A stretch of 63,528 bases of DNA, filler included, from Octopus bimaculoides (Eukaryota), in the NCBI RefSeq assembly GCF_001194135.2. It is 5 parts of 4 records of this genome, joined end to end, with 100 filler letters (N's around TTAATTAATTAA, not from the genome) between each part and the next. Parts side by side here need not be neighbours in the genome. Positions count along the whole stretch, not along the records: positions 33,903 to 54,920 come from NC_068987.1; 4 more parts are not named here. The stretch is one strand, 5' to 3'. Shown here piece after piece: positions 39,186 to 52,746 of this stretch. Positions within the stretch are counted from its first letter, which is position 1. The number at the start of each line of letters is the position of its first letter. A model generated the notes under the pieces. It did no database searches, was not told the DNA's origin, and was given only the letters and a program-made list of their open reading frames with translations. A program made the translations under genes and the position numbers.

Positions 39186-39256
39186 CGATACAGGTCTTCC
39201 GGATCTTTCATGCGCATGGTATGCCTTAAAGTGTTCACATTAATATGCACCTTCGC
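39186..39256 (-). CDS. Candidate coding exon ...AKVHINVNTLRHTMRMKDPEDLY(R), 5' end hidden in gap
   Basis: Open frame from the gap edge to the donor TCG|GTATTA (moderate). Phase 2 joins 9350 to give DLYRPGDY. Confidence 0.35.
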
Positions 39257-39439
39257 NNNNNNNNNNNNNNNNNNNNNNNNNNNNNNNNNNNNNNNNNNNN
39301 NNNNNNNNNNNNNNNNNNNNNNNNNNNNNNNNNNNNNNNNNNNNNNNNNNNNNNNNNNNNNNNNNNNNNNNNNNNNNNNNNNNNNNNNNNNNNNNNNNNN
39401 NNNNNNNNNNNNNNNNNNNNNNNNNNNNNNNNNNNNNNN

Positions 39440-39471
<32 letters not shown>

Positions 39472-39619
39472 CGTGTGTGCGTGCATATATATATAAGACA
39501 GTTGTATAAACAACAAGCATGTGTATTAGTTTGACGATCAGGAGGGTGAGATAGTCTATCACGTTTTCCAGCCTGCACAAGATGAAATAAGCAGAGAGAG
39601 AATTAAAACTTGTGGATGT

Positions 39620-40790
39620 ATCGGTCAATCATGGCGACTGGTTCGAAAGAAGATAGTTCGACAGGAGATCTAAGAAGGGGGCCATAATAAAGTACTGGTG
39701 ATCCCAAAATCGAAGGTGCGCGTGCATGTGTGTATGTGATAGAGTGTGTGTGCGTGTGGAGGGGCTAGTGACTCTGACGTATGGCTGGTGTGTGTGTGTG
39801 TGTGTGTGTGTGTGCGTCAGAAATGTGTAAGTGTGTGGATGATGATGTGTGCGGATGATGATAATGTGTGGTGTGATGTGGAGGTGTGGGGATGTGAAGG
39901 GGGGTGTAGTTCTGGGATGGGGCGAGGATATGGGGTGGAGATGCGAGGGTAGGATGCGGGTAGGTAGGAGTGTGATATGTGTGGATGGGGTATGGATGGA
40001 TCGGGAATCATTGAAGAGAGAAGGTGAATTGGATTGTAGAGAGGAAGTAGGTGTCAGATGAAGAGAGTAAATAAGGGCAGTCAGATGAAGATGAGAGAGG
40101 AGTTGAGTCCATGTGGCACAAAGGAATGAAGAGAGAAGACAAATTCCTGTTCAGGGTGAAGGCGGATGTCCCGATGGCGCCATTGCAAAGACGATCCGAA
40201 CACAAGTGTCGTAATGAATGGCCGCTAGAGCAGAAATGGTGCGAGATCGGAGTGTCATTGGCGAGTCTAATGCCTCGGACATGCTCTGCGAAGTGGTCAG
40301 CTAAACGGCGTCCGTTTGGTCCATGTACAGAGAAGAGCAGAAAGAGCAGGAGGTACAGTAAATGACGTTGCTAGATTTCCAGGTAAATGAGACAGTAATA
40401 TGGCAGGGACGGTGGTGGGTGCCTGTGAGGATGATGGTGTAGGAGAGTTAGGGGCAAGTACATTAGCGTGGGCGGGAGCAGGGGAACGAGCCAGGCTGGG
40501 AGGTAGGGTTAGAGAAGAAATTGTGGACGAGGAGGTCAGGTAGTTTGTGGGCCCCTTCGAAGGAAGGAAGGGGTAGATTGGGGAAGATGTGTGAGGTGGA
40601 TGTGTCGTACTGGAGTCGCCGGAAGACTCAGAGATATGGTGCGTTGGAGGGATAGTAGTTGAGGCGAAACGGGAGACGGGTAACGACGGGGCGGGGGCGG
40701 GAGAGTTAGCGCAGGCATGGTCCACCCAACGTGCTCTGGTGAGAGGTGTGTGGTTAGTGGTAGGGGATATTCACATAGGAAGAAGCGGTG
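39620..40790 (-). mobile_element. Penelope-like element 3' end (GIY-YIG), second family, with purine-rich tail and decayed pLTR
   Basis: Minus strand SFPCSRPR*CTCP ... SNVIYCTSCSFCSSLY / GRRLADHFAEHVRGIRLANDTPISHHFCSSGHSLRHLC, with frameshifts. Confidence 0.85.
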
Positions 40791-41424
40791 AGCCATGATT
40801 TGAAACTCTCTCTTTCTCTCTCTTTCTCTCTCTCTCTCTCTTTCTTCTTTCTTCTATTCACTCACTTACCACCCATATCTATCTATCAGGATGCCTGTCT
40901 TTCTCACTATATACCCATGCGGAGCATTTTCATACAAGCTAACCACTTGATCTATTCCTTCAACATGAACGCTGCATTCAAAATACTGCCTGGATTTACA
41001 TGGGATTATACTTAAGAAACTATACCTTCACGGAAGTACAGCCCAACCTCCATAACCTATGGAAGAAGATCAACTGTGAACTTTATTGTCATGTCTGTAT
41101 TCTATCTACTGTTTTACTCTTTATTTTTCTTTTATTTTATTCGTTCATAAACTGTGATTTGCTTGTCTAGAACTTCCAACTTGTCTCTGTTGACGGAATA
41201 ACCAGTGTATGGAGATGCTAAAGTATCACTTGGAATATCACAGAAACAGTTGCAGCAATCCTGTAATTAACTAATTAATCATTCAATTACATTAAATTCA
41301 CATTAATTAAATATTCTAGATGACATGAGATATACGTCCTGCCTTTGTTTTTGTTATCCTTTTTCCTGGCCTTAAATACTTGCTATTAATCGGTTGAGGA
41401 CTCTCTTCCACAGACGGATCTAAT

Positions 41425-43030
41425 ATGGATCCTTACAGTAATGATTATTCTATGAAAATCATGCCTATACCATCCAGGAGACTATATTCTACTAAACTAC
41501 TGGAGAAAATGTCGGATCTTATTAAACGTATGAGATGGAAGGTTTTCTATTGCATCAATGAAGAGTCTACCACAGAGAATAAATTCCATGAAATCATATC
41601 AAAGAAATTCCTTCCAAATATCAAGGATTTAGAATACTTCGAAACAGATCAAACTAAAGGTTATAAACGAAATCAAATTTCGTAATTCCTTTAACACTTT
41701 TCAGCAGAAACTGAAAATAGTCATTTAAACAATTTTTAAAAACAGCACTTTTTTATGATAAAACCAGGAGAATATACCTTGTAGACAACAACACATATTC
41801 ATAACTCCTACATAACAATGTTATCAGTAATTACACTAAAGCTAGACCACATGTTTATAACGGCATTATTCAAGTGGCTAGCATCATCGCCACTAGGCTT
41901 AAATTACATTAAAAAATATATCTATTAAGGACAATAAAAAGAACTTTCTATCTAATACTAAATGCAGACTAATTAACCCTGCAAAGTTAGAAATTGGTAG
42001 AATTAGTAAATACATTTAAAGAAAAACCAATGCTAAAGTTAGAGAGGCAATAACGGTCCAATAGCGTAGTACAATGGTCCAATAGCATAGTTGTTACCTG
42101 GTTTAAAGCAATTAGAAATAAGAAGGCAGCAAGATTTATACAATTAGATTTTGTAGATTTCTATGCATTTATTTCTAGAAAACTGCTAGATAAAGCCGTC
42201 ATTTTCGCAAGTAATTTTACAGACATTAGTGAACAAGATAAGGACCTCATCCTCCATGCCAGAAATACCTTCCACTTCAGTGAGAACATAGAGTAGGTCA
42301 AGACATCTGACGCCGAGGCTGCTTTTGATATGAGCATGGGGTCATTTGACGGAAGAGGCATATGCGATCTCATTCGGCTATTCCTGCTTGACACGTTAGG
42401 AAACGCTTTTCTTGGTATACATTTCGCTATTTATGAAGATGATGCCTTAAATTGAACTAAGAATACAAATGGGCCACTGCAAGATCCGTTAAGGAAGGAT
42501 ATTATCTATCTTATGAAAACATTCGATCTTAGGACACCGGTTGTAAATTTCCTTGAGCTATCTGTGGATTTACAAAAGACTATTTACAAACCCTATAGAA
42601 AGCCCAATAGCATAAACCTTACACAGCTACACAGAACATGTGATTGTAGAATAAGTAATAATTATGTATTTAATAATAACTGCATTAGAAAGGGTGTAGC
42701 ATTTCAAATATGACAGCAAAGTATATGTGGGTGCGATAAAAAAAAACAATATGAAACAGAGACTTAATTATCATAACTATACATTTAGAAACAGAAATAG
42801 GAGAAAGTCTACAGAGTTAAGTAGCTATATATGGGGAACTTAAGGATGAGGGAATTAGCTATAATTTAAATTGGATAATATTAACAACAGCACCAGCGTA
42901 TAACACTGAATATAGAAAATGTATATTAGTTATTAATGAAATTCTCTTTATAATTAGGACTAAGATTCCGTTTATTAACGGCTTTAAGGGACGTAACAGA
43001 TCCTGTCTTCATCAAATTGGGCATTCCTTT
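41425..43030 (+). mobile_element. Penelope-like element, near full span and heavily decayed; resembles the Naiad lineage
   Basis: YSMKIMPIPS...LIKRMRWKVFY; CRLINPAKLEIGRISK; FIQLDFVDFYAFISRKLLDKA; FDMSMGSFDGRGICDLI; IYEDDA; VNFLELSVDL..TIYKPYRKPN; CDCR; STELSSYIW.LKDEGISYNLNWII. Confidence 0.85.
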
Positions 43031-44232
43031 TCCAAGTAGCACTAGAATCTAGTATTAAAATACGCCTACTTACATAATAATAATTATTATTCGAGTTATT
43101 AATGATGTTATACTGTATTATATAATATATGATAATTATGCAGGTATATATCAAAGAGGGCATATTTTAAGTTAGTTATAATTATATACAACGATGTATG
43201 TGTGAGTATATATAACTATTGTTGCTAGTTTTGTATTAATATATGTGGGTATGTGTGTATATATTTATCTATCTTTTTACGTGCACTCACTTCTTTATAT
43301 ACACATATANNNNNNNNNNNNNNNNNNNNNNNNNNNNNNNNNNNNNNNNNNNNNNNNNNNNNNNNNNNNNNNNNNNNNNNNNNNNNNNNNNNNNNNNNNN
43401 NNNNNNNNNNNNNNNNNNNNNNNNNNNNNNNNNNNNNNNNNNNNNNNNNNNNNNNNNNNNNNNNNNNACAGGAATTTATATGGTACCTCATTACAGAACC
43501 AGTAAATTGATTAATTAATCAATTAATTAATCAATTGTTAGATTGATTAAACAATGGACCTAAAGTTTTGAGTATGCTATTATTCTAATTATGGATCTTA
43601 ATAACCCAGAGTTACTTCCCTTGATTCTAGTTATAACGTAAGAACCGCACCTCCACCCCCGAAACCTCTTAAATATAACATTAAAATAATTAAGTGAATA
43701 AATAGACGGATACATATTTCAAAGGACGGAATGACTGATTAGTTCATTAATTATGTGACTCAATACTATTACATAGTCTTGCATTTGAGCCATATTCTCA
43801 GATAAAATAGATTTTAAGCATAATTTAGCGATAAATAACAACAATTTAGTAATATGTAGGTATATATAAATGAGCATGTATGATGATACATATTGAGTTG
43901 GTTCATTAATTTATCAATTAAACACTGTTGCATGGAGAATTGCAATTAATATATTATACAAATATATACAAATACATAAGCTGTATACAGTACATAAATT
44001 ATACAAGCACATAAAATACTAAATAATATACATAAATTTCATAAAATTATAAGTGGGAAATCCCTATGGTGTCTTGCTATACAGGTCAAAGTTTATGATA
44101 TATAAAAAGGAATCTGAAACGATGGAAAAAATATAACGGAAATATAAATATGAGATATAAATCGACACAGTGAAAGAACAAATTATATCTATATTCTTAT
44201 GATTTAGAAAAAAAAGGTAAAACAAAATAACC

Positions 44233-44690
44233 AATCTATCGGGAATCTGTGGAATGTTCCAATTTGTTAAAGATGTATTTAAACATGTGTTTCCATCCAC
44301 TAAGAATCTCTCACCTCGGGTTCCATATCTAGTTCGTGTTCTAGGATCTAAGTAAATTCTGCGCCCTTTCAGCCAAGCGAAGCATACATCCATTAGATCC
44401 ATTCATGTTTATTGTAGTGCTGTCTATTATTCTCTATTTCATCCCAAAACGAAGCTGGCGCGCCATGTTTGAGTCGTGAAACAGAAACATATATCATATG
44501 CCATCAATAGAAAGGTCTAAACTAAACATGAACGGATCTGATTGATATATGCTTCGCTGGGCTGAAAGTGCGCAGATTATATTTAGATCTGAGATTCCGA
44601 ATTCAATACTGAACTCGAATTTTTGTGGATGTAAACACAGGTTTAAATATATCTTTAAAAACTGCAAGATTCACCGATTCCCGATTGATT
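44233..44690. repeat. Old foldback element with about 170-bp inverted arms
   Basis: 44233-44411 vs 44523-44690 are inverted, e.g. ctgcgccctttcagccaagcgaagcata vs tatgcttcgctgggctgaaagtgcgcag. Confidence 0.8.
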
Positions 44691-44899
44691 ATTCTTCTTT
44701 TCTACCTTTCTTTATAACGCGTTAGGATATATCAGGTTGAGTGAAAATTAAGCAACGTTTTGAACCATGAAAAATTTGCAACACATTTTTGAAGAGTTTT
44801 GAAATCTTTTTAAACCTTTTTTTTTTGTAGCTGTCTGATAATGCAGACATAGATTTACCCGAATGCATCAATGAATTAACATTCATCTGAAATAGAACT

Positions 44900-45345
44900 G
44901 TCGAAACGCGATATTCTTAAATGTAACTTTCCAAACGCGATATTCCAGCAATTTTGCTATTGAACTTCAAAAATGGACATAAAGACGCTGAAACTGCTCG
45001 CAATATCAAGGAAAGGTTTGGCGAGGAAATAATCAGTAAGTGGTGAACTTGAAAACATTGTGAGCGTAGAGGACGCACATCAGTCATCAATGACAGTCAA
45101 TTAAAGACGTTTGGTAGACTGCTGGACTCATCCACAATAACTTGTTAAACCCGGAAAAACATTACTGCAGAAATATTGCCATGACATTGACAAAATGAAC
45201 AAAAATCTGCAGTCCTCTGTCCCAGACTGGTCAACAGAAGAGGGCCAATCATTCTTCATGACAATGCTCGACCCTACGCTTCACTAATAACGCATCAGAA
45301 GTTGAGGGAACGTGACTACGAAGTTCTTCTCCACCCAGCTGATTG
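44900..45345 (+). mobile_element. mariner (Hsmar1/SETMAR-like) transposase remnant
   Basis: ILLLNFKNGHKDAETARNIKERFGE; RGRTSVINDSQLK; PRLVNRRGPIILHDNARPYASLITHQKLRERDYEVLLHP. Confidence 0.88.
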
Positions 45346-46769
45346 TAGAGAATGAACCCGTGATTACATTCAGTACTTTTTCTAGGTTTCTGACTACGCC
45401 TGTCCTATAGTGATACGTGGCAGTATATTTTATGTCTAGAATGAAGGCCGTCACTTTTGAGTGAACATGTTTAGTTAGAATCAAGGTACGTCAAATTTAA
45501 TCTGTCTTGCGTGAAAGTAGACAAGAGTCGTTTGTATGTAGACAAGTGCCTCAGGTTTAGGTTGTTATCTGTGTAGGTTCCACGTATTAAGTGGCAGAAT
45601 GAGTTTTGTGTGTGAATAGTTATTTGTGTATGTACATTGTTAACGTTTGTTAAGTCTGAGTTTGTACTTTTGTATGAACGTATTCTCTTTGTTTATCCAT
45701 GTTTCATTTGCGCTATTCACTAACATAGGTAGAATGGAGAAGCCTGGAATTTGGGGGAATTATTTTTTGGCCGTATGTCTATGTGTACACTCAGTGGAAT
45801 TAGTCTAGTACTGGGCCTCGTATTCGTTGTCGGTGAATATTCAAAGCTTGCTCTTACAAATACACTGGCCATTTAAACAAAGCTACTCTAAAAATTAAAT
45901 AGTATGACAGTGAAATTAAAATATGTTACTACATTACTTTAATTTTAATTCCCAGATTTGGAGTGTGATTAATAATTTGAAAATTAGATTTCCTCTATTG
46001 AAGTATGCGATGGTGATTTCTAACAGGGATATGCAGGAATATGTATATAATATCTATTTTGAGGAATATACAACATACAATTATCTGGACAATATTTTCT
46101 ATGTCTACAGTGCTTACGAGTCTAGTTAGCTCTTCGTTATGTACCAACAAACCATTGACGTTAAAATCACATCTTAGATTCATCATATCTTCGCGATTTT
46201 CGGAGTTTTTTCGATTATTCTAGAATTGTTCACTATATCTGAAAAACGTTTGTTGAACAAAACTTCACCGTTGGTTTGTAGATTTTAGACAAGTACCCAC
46301 TAAATGAATTAGCTATAAGGAACAAATAGAAATGCTGACTTTCTGTTAAATGCTTGCCCTATCGAAAATGCAAACACATACTCCTGGTTTTCAGTAGCTT
46401 CAGCTATGTGTTTAACAGAATTTTGTAACTGTCTATTGCACATGAAAACACGGAATCTTTTCATAAATTATATGAAAATATAAATTGTATGAAATCAAAT
46501 GATGTAAATTATGGATGACTAAGAAAATCTAAAACTTATATAGGTTTATTTTCAAATTCTGTTTCTCGTTTATAAAACATTAGAATTAAAAATAATATGC
46601 GTAACATAACAGATAATCCATGCAAAGCACAACTTCATATATTACACTGAATACAACTGACTTGCACGATGACCTTCGAATAAAATATCACGGGGTCGAC
46701 TGAATTAACACCTACATACACACGTACACGTGTACGTATGCATAGATATGCTCATGTAGTGGTAGCACG

Positions 46770-47160
46770 ATGTATCCACTGTACGGCCACTGTAACACGG
46801 AGACCGTGACGTACGAGGCAGAAGTAACAGCAATAGGACTAAATAGGCAACCAAACATACAAAATTAGGTATGGGCAACTGAACCTCCCTTCAGAACCCG
46901 CTATAAGAACCCCAACTATCGCAGAGACTTAACGACATTACACTAGCCAAGCACGTATGGTCGGTAAAAGAAAGATCCGCCGATTACAGTATAAAGTGGA
47001 AGATTTTAGAGAATTGTAAAGCATACTCCAGTTGTGGCAGGAAGTGCACACTATGCCTAGATGAGAAAAGAGCGTTCCCAGGACCAGGGTATTTACCTGA
47101 AGTGCAGAAGTAACATTTTTAATACTTGTCCACATGAAAGGAAGTACATCCTATTACACC
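46770..47160 (+). mobile_element. Penelope-like GIY-YIG C-terminal fragment, Naiad-like
   Basis: PLYGHCNTETVTYEAEV; LAKHVWSVK..DYSIKWKILENCKAYSSCGRKCTLCLDEK; NTCPHERKY. Confidence 0.82.
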
Positions 47161-49129
47161 AGAGTACCCCATTATTGACTATACTCTCCAGTCCCCCAAC
47201 TTCGGCCCTCTACCACTTACATCAGTGTTCGGCAAAACGTCTAATCAGAATGTATATATATGTCTTATGTTCTATTTAAAATAAATGAAAATATGACTTC
47301 CTTGACTTGTAGCTATGTATGACATACGCACAGAGAATTTTGTGCATAATCAAGTGAAATGTAAAAAAATTACAAAGCACACCATATATAAACGTGATAA
47401 TAAATATATGTTTAAAAAGCTAATTCAAACTAAACATAATCTTGTTTTGTATTGTCAACGTAAATAGTAATATTGGTGATATGGTTATAATTATTGTCTG
47501 GTGACTATTGAACTACATAAGCCATACTTGCCTTTACATTCGACTGAATTTAACTAATACTTCACACAAGGTATGGAAGACGAGGATGCAATAAGTAAAA
47601 GAAAATTGAACAGGTAGAAAAAATACAAAAATTCTTACAAGCAGAACAAAAGAAATTCTGAAAGTAAATTATATACAAACACGTATAAAATAAAATAGTC
47701 TAAATGGATTCCGATGCATTTCTTCTCCCATTTGACAATTTGTCTTGGACTTTTTTTTCATAAAATGTCTACTAATATATCTTGTTTATCTTTATTTTAT
47801 TTATTTTCACTTTTCCCTTGCAAGACAGTACGTACTTCACCTGAAGGTCATAAAGACAACTATAATATGCGCGTCAGCTTGTCTTCATCGATATTGTCTG
47901 GAATTGTTCATTTTCTTTTGAAAATAACTTCATTGAAGATAAANNNNNNNNNNNNNNNNNNNNNNNNNNNNNNNNNNNNNNNNNNNNNNNNNNNNNNNNN
48001 NNNNNNNNNNNNNNNNNNNNNNNNNNNNNNNNNNNNNNNNNNNNNNNNNNNNNNNNNNNNNNNNNNNNNNNNNNNNNNNNNNNNNNNNNNNNNNNNNNNN
48101 NNNNNNNNNNNNNNNNNNNNNNNNNNNNNNNNNNNNNNNNNNNNNNNNNNNNNNNNNNNNNNNNNNNNNNNNNNNNNNNNNNNNNNNNNNNNATATATAT
48201 ATATATATATATATATATACATGCATATGCGCAAACACACAGGCACACACATATAAATACATATCCATTTTATGAATATATATCTATGTGTGCCTGTGTA
48301 TGGTTATAACTACATACCTATATATACGTATATTTCTATTGATATTGTTACGTGTCACAAACATGTTAAAGAATTCTACATATGAGCTGTTGAACATTGG
48401 ACATTTAATCTTGATGACGATGATGCTGATGATAATAATGATGATGATGATGATGACAATAATGATAATAATAGTAATAATTGTAATAATATCAAAAACC
48501 AACTGCTATTAAGTGAAACCTGAATACGAAAGATTAACTGCATGGTTGACTGGATATAATAAAGACATGTGATGATATTAATGGTGTAGAAACATTGAGT
48601 GCCGAGAATACTCCAGGACTTCGTTATGACAAGATTAAATTGTTCTCGGAATAAAACATAGAAAAAATCCTTTTGAAATGTGAAAATTCATTACGGAATA
48701 TTTGAAGGAGACTTTCTCTCCCTTTAACTTTTCATCATTGTGTTAAATGCCTCTACCAATTGTGCGGAGAGAAAAAAAAACCTGTCTTGCTGAAGTACTT
48801 TCTTTTTTGTTTGACTGAATATTCTATACATCAACACAGGAATATAGGTAACCATTTCCTTTGTAACGTAGCCAGACGGTCGAAAAAAAATTAAGTGGTG
48901 CTGTGTACTTGCATTACAATGTGCAAAGCTTGAAATCCACATCTTTATCCAGATTAATCTTTATACTTGCAAAATTCACCTTTTTTTTAGAAGTATGTGT
49001 ATCAAGTTTATTTCGGAGATGGTTGAAATCAATATAGTAAAATTCGTTCGACAGATTCACCTACTTCTTTCTTTGAACGAAATGTTCCTTCAACGTTATA
49101 ATTTCCGCAGTCGTGGATCTTTAACCGTG

Positions 49130-49167
<38 letters not shown>

Positions 49168-50019
49168 ACACACACACACACATACACACACACACACGCG
49201 CGTACACACATACACACCCACACACATACACGCACATACACACACACACAGAGAGCGTATATATACTTGACCGCCCTACAGCATTGTCAGTGGAATCTAA
49301 ATCTGCTGAAGGGCCTGTTTATTCACTAAAGCACATTGAAATATATTTAAACACACAAATCTGAAATCTAATTTGTCCCTCAGTCAATTTATGTTACTTT
49401 CAATGTCTAAGGATAAATTTCGAATTTTCTAAATGAACTGGATGATATTTGATGAAGAATATTATATAAAAGTTGTAATCTCAAAATATCTGGGCTTGGT
49501 AAAATTGCCAGCCACATCAAAATACTTTTAAATATTTTCCTTGAACATGTTTTCGAACAGTTATTTTCAAAAATCTAGAGTAACAAATTGTATGAACTCG
49601 CTGTAAATAAGCGTGGTACAACAACAGGCACGATTGGAAGTCTAGATAAAGTGAACGACATGACAGGATGGGAAACGGATGAAAATAAAACCATTCTGAA
49701 TTCCTGAACATATCTTGAGATTTAGATAATTTTTAGGTTTTCTCAGTAGCAAATATTGCAGTGTTTACTTAAACATGTGCAACAACCATCACAATAATGT
49801 TTAAACAAAGGCAGGAACCGCCACGTCTTAACATCTGCACGTTTGAAATTTAGATTTTTTTGTTTATTGATTTTCGTTTATATATATTCAGGAATGTTCA
49901 CACTAGTAGTGACATTTTTGAAACACAAGCACTATAGTGCTATTCATGTGAGGTGCAGAGCGCAAAATAGCACGGATAATATCGTAATTGGTGATATACG
50001 GTATATATGTATATGCATA

Positions 50020-50035
50020 TCTATCTATCTCTCTG

Positions 50036-50078
<43 letters not shown>

Positions 50079-50101
50079 GTCTATCTATCTATCTATCTAT
50101 A

Positions 50102-50164
<63 letters not shown>

Positions 50165-50165
50165 T
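50020..50165. repeat. (TATC)n microsatellite
   Basis: Directly visible. Confidence 0.97.
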
Positions 50166-51119
50166 TGTCTGTCTATATATCTATCTACTATATACACCTA
50201 CATATATATTTATATATATATGTATGCGTGTAAGCGTATATTGCACTGTATAACAAAACTTTTTACTTTTTTAGGCTGGTTATTAACTGTTATTTGTTAT
50301 TTTCTTCAATCTAGAAATTCAGGTAATAACTACTATTTCATTCTGCTTTTGTGACCGGGACATGAATATTTAAATACTGGCCTGATATTTTTTTTATTAC
50401 GTTTCTGAGCGATTGAGCGCTGAGTAGCTGAAGCAGAATTATCTTTATTGTAAACACTTTGCTAAATAGCAAATGTTCTGTTCAGTACAACATATCTGCA
50501 TGTCTGTTGTTTGACCATAACCACTGGAGCATGTCTGTTAGTGGCTGACAATATATACATCTGTCAACACGAGTATTGGGAAAACATCATAGCCATGTTT
50601 TGTGAGTGAATCATTTTAGGCGTGAATAAATATAACAAAATCAAAGTTTGAAGGAAATAGTAGCCATTTTACATAATTCCAGGTATAAGTGATTACGAAG
50701 TAGTAATTGTTATCCAAGGACAAAGATCGTCTTACATTGTGTTCGTGATATTTTGTCTTTAAATCAAGCGTGTATGTCAGTGTTGATAGCAATTTATATT
50801 AGTTCTTAACCTGGTGGGATTGAGAGTGAAGACAATCAAGTGTGACCTGGTGGTTTACATTAGTGATAGATTTGGTGCACTATTATAGAGGTTAGAGTGA
50901 GTTACGTATTCAGAAAGCTAATGGCCAGATCGTATGTTGCAATTGCTTCTCTGTCGGCACTCTGTAATTACAGCTAATCCACACATGGAAAGTCCTCCCT
51001 TAATTGTGGAAATCGGAAGCACCAGAGATTTTTTTTTGTTTTTATAGGTATGTGCTCCTGCACATATTTGCCTACATCACAATAGATTTTACATGATGAC
51101 ATAGAATCATTCTAGTAAA

Positions 51120-51168
<49 letters not shown>

Positions 51169-51380
51169 CATCTACTACTACTACCGCCGCTGCTGCTGCT
51201 GCCTCTACCGCTGTCACTAAAACTGAATGCAAGTGCTGCCATTGCCACAACTACAGTTGGTTGCTTTGGTTGTAGTATTTCTGCTGCTACCATTACTAAT
51301 ATTTATGGTCAGCAAATATACTGAAGAACATTCGCAATGCTAATGGACATAGTTCTGATCATTATAATTAGGAACTGCAA

Positions 51381-51597
51381 AGCAGCGAGCTGGCAGAAAT
51401 GTTAACCCACCGGACGAAGTGCTTAGCGGTATTTTGTCCGTCACTACGTTGTGAGTTCAACTTCCACCGAGATCGACTTTGTTTTTCATACTTTCGGTGT
51501 CGACTAATTAAGTATCAGTTGCGTACTAGCATCGATCAAATCGACTGGCACCCTCCTCCAAAATGTCAGGCCTTGTGCCTAAAGTATAAAAGATAAT
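51381..51597 (+). mobile_element. SINE family A
   Basis: gcagcgagctggcagaaatg...gagttcaacttccaccgagatcgacttt...ggccttgtgcctaaagta. Confidence 0.85.
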
Positions 51598-52713
51598 TAG
51601 GAAGTCTACGATAAGGATTTTATCAAAATGTATTAATATTCATTTAAACAATCATTTGTAAAACTTTATAACGAAAGTGGAAAATAAATAGATGTTAACA
51701 ATAATACTGATCTTAGTAGTAGCAGCAGCAGCAGCAGCAGCAATAGTAGTAGTAGTAGTAGTAGCAGCAGCAGTGTTGATGGTGGTGGTGGTAGTGGTGT
51801 TTGTATTAGTTGTAACAGTAGTAGTGGCAGTAGCAGCAGCAAAATCCTTTGTTTGGCACATCTTCCGAAATGTTACACAAGTTAACTGTTTATTAGTTTG
51901 TTGTCAAATTTAAACATTAGAACTTCGACGATAAACTCAGCCAAGAAGCCATCAAACCATCAACTCATCTGTCATTTTTGGACATCAGATATCTTTTAAT
52001 TTACTTTCAATAGAAATGTTTATAGACGAAAAAATATCACGTTATATACAAGCTGTCTGAATAGAAGATGATTTCACTTTTAATTCACTGATATACTACA
52101 AACAATGTCTCATATATTCTATGACTCAATATGATATATAGCATCACTTCTGTAGAAAATATTACTAATAAATATAATTGAAGTAAACTGGTTGAGTTTT
52201 GACTCCAAGCATCTGTTATCGATTGTTCATGTCACTGGACATATTCTTGACGTCAATGGCTGAAGCGACAAAACAAATGCTATGAAAATTTTCTACAGAT
52301 ATTTCGTACTGCATTTATTTAAACGTTGACGGTAAGTTATGAAAATTGCTTTGTCTCGACAACTTTTCCTTTACCCAGCGTAAAATTGGTTAGCATTGTG
52401 CGAAACTAGAATACGAACCAAAGAAAAAGAATAGTGTTTGAGAGATTTGGCGTCGTTGTGATCCACATTTCCTGTGTTATAAATGTGACATGTGTTGTAA
52501 AATCATCTACGGCGCCCGAGAATGACAGTATATACTAACAAATGCATCTTTACTTTGTTGTTTAATGAATGAAAAAAGAAGAATTCAATAGGTATACTAT
52601 ATTCTCCATTTGTTCCCTACTTCATTGAGAGATAAAGTATAGTAAAAAGAGAATGTTATGCTAAATACTATTTAGTATTATAATGTGAGTGTATGTGTGC
52701 GCGCGCGCGTGTA

Positions 52714-52746
<33 letters not shown>

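Noticed and set aside
42280-42460. Selenocysteine read-through in the Naiad-like RT
   Set aside because: The in-frame stops (a TAG and a TGA after YEDDALN) are not at Cys positions, and the element has many other lesions.
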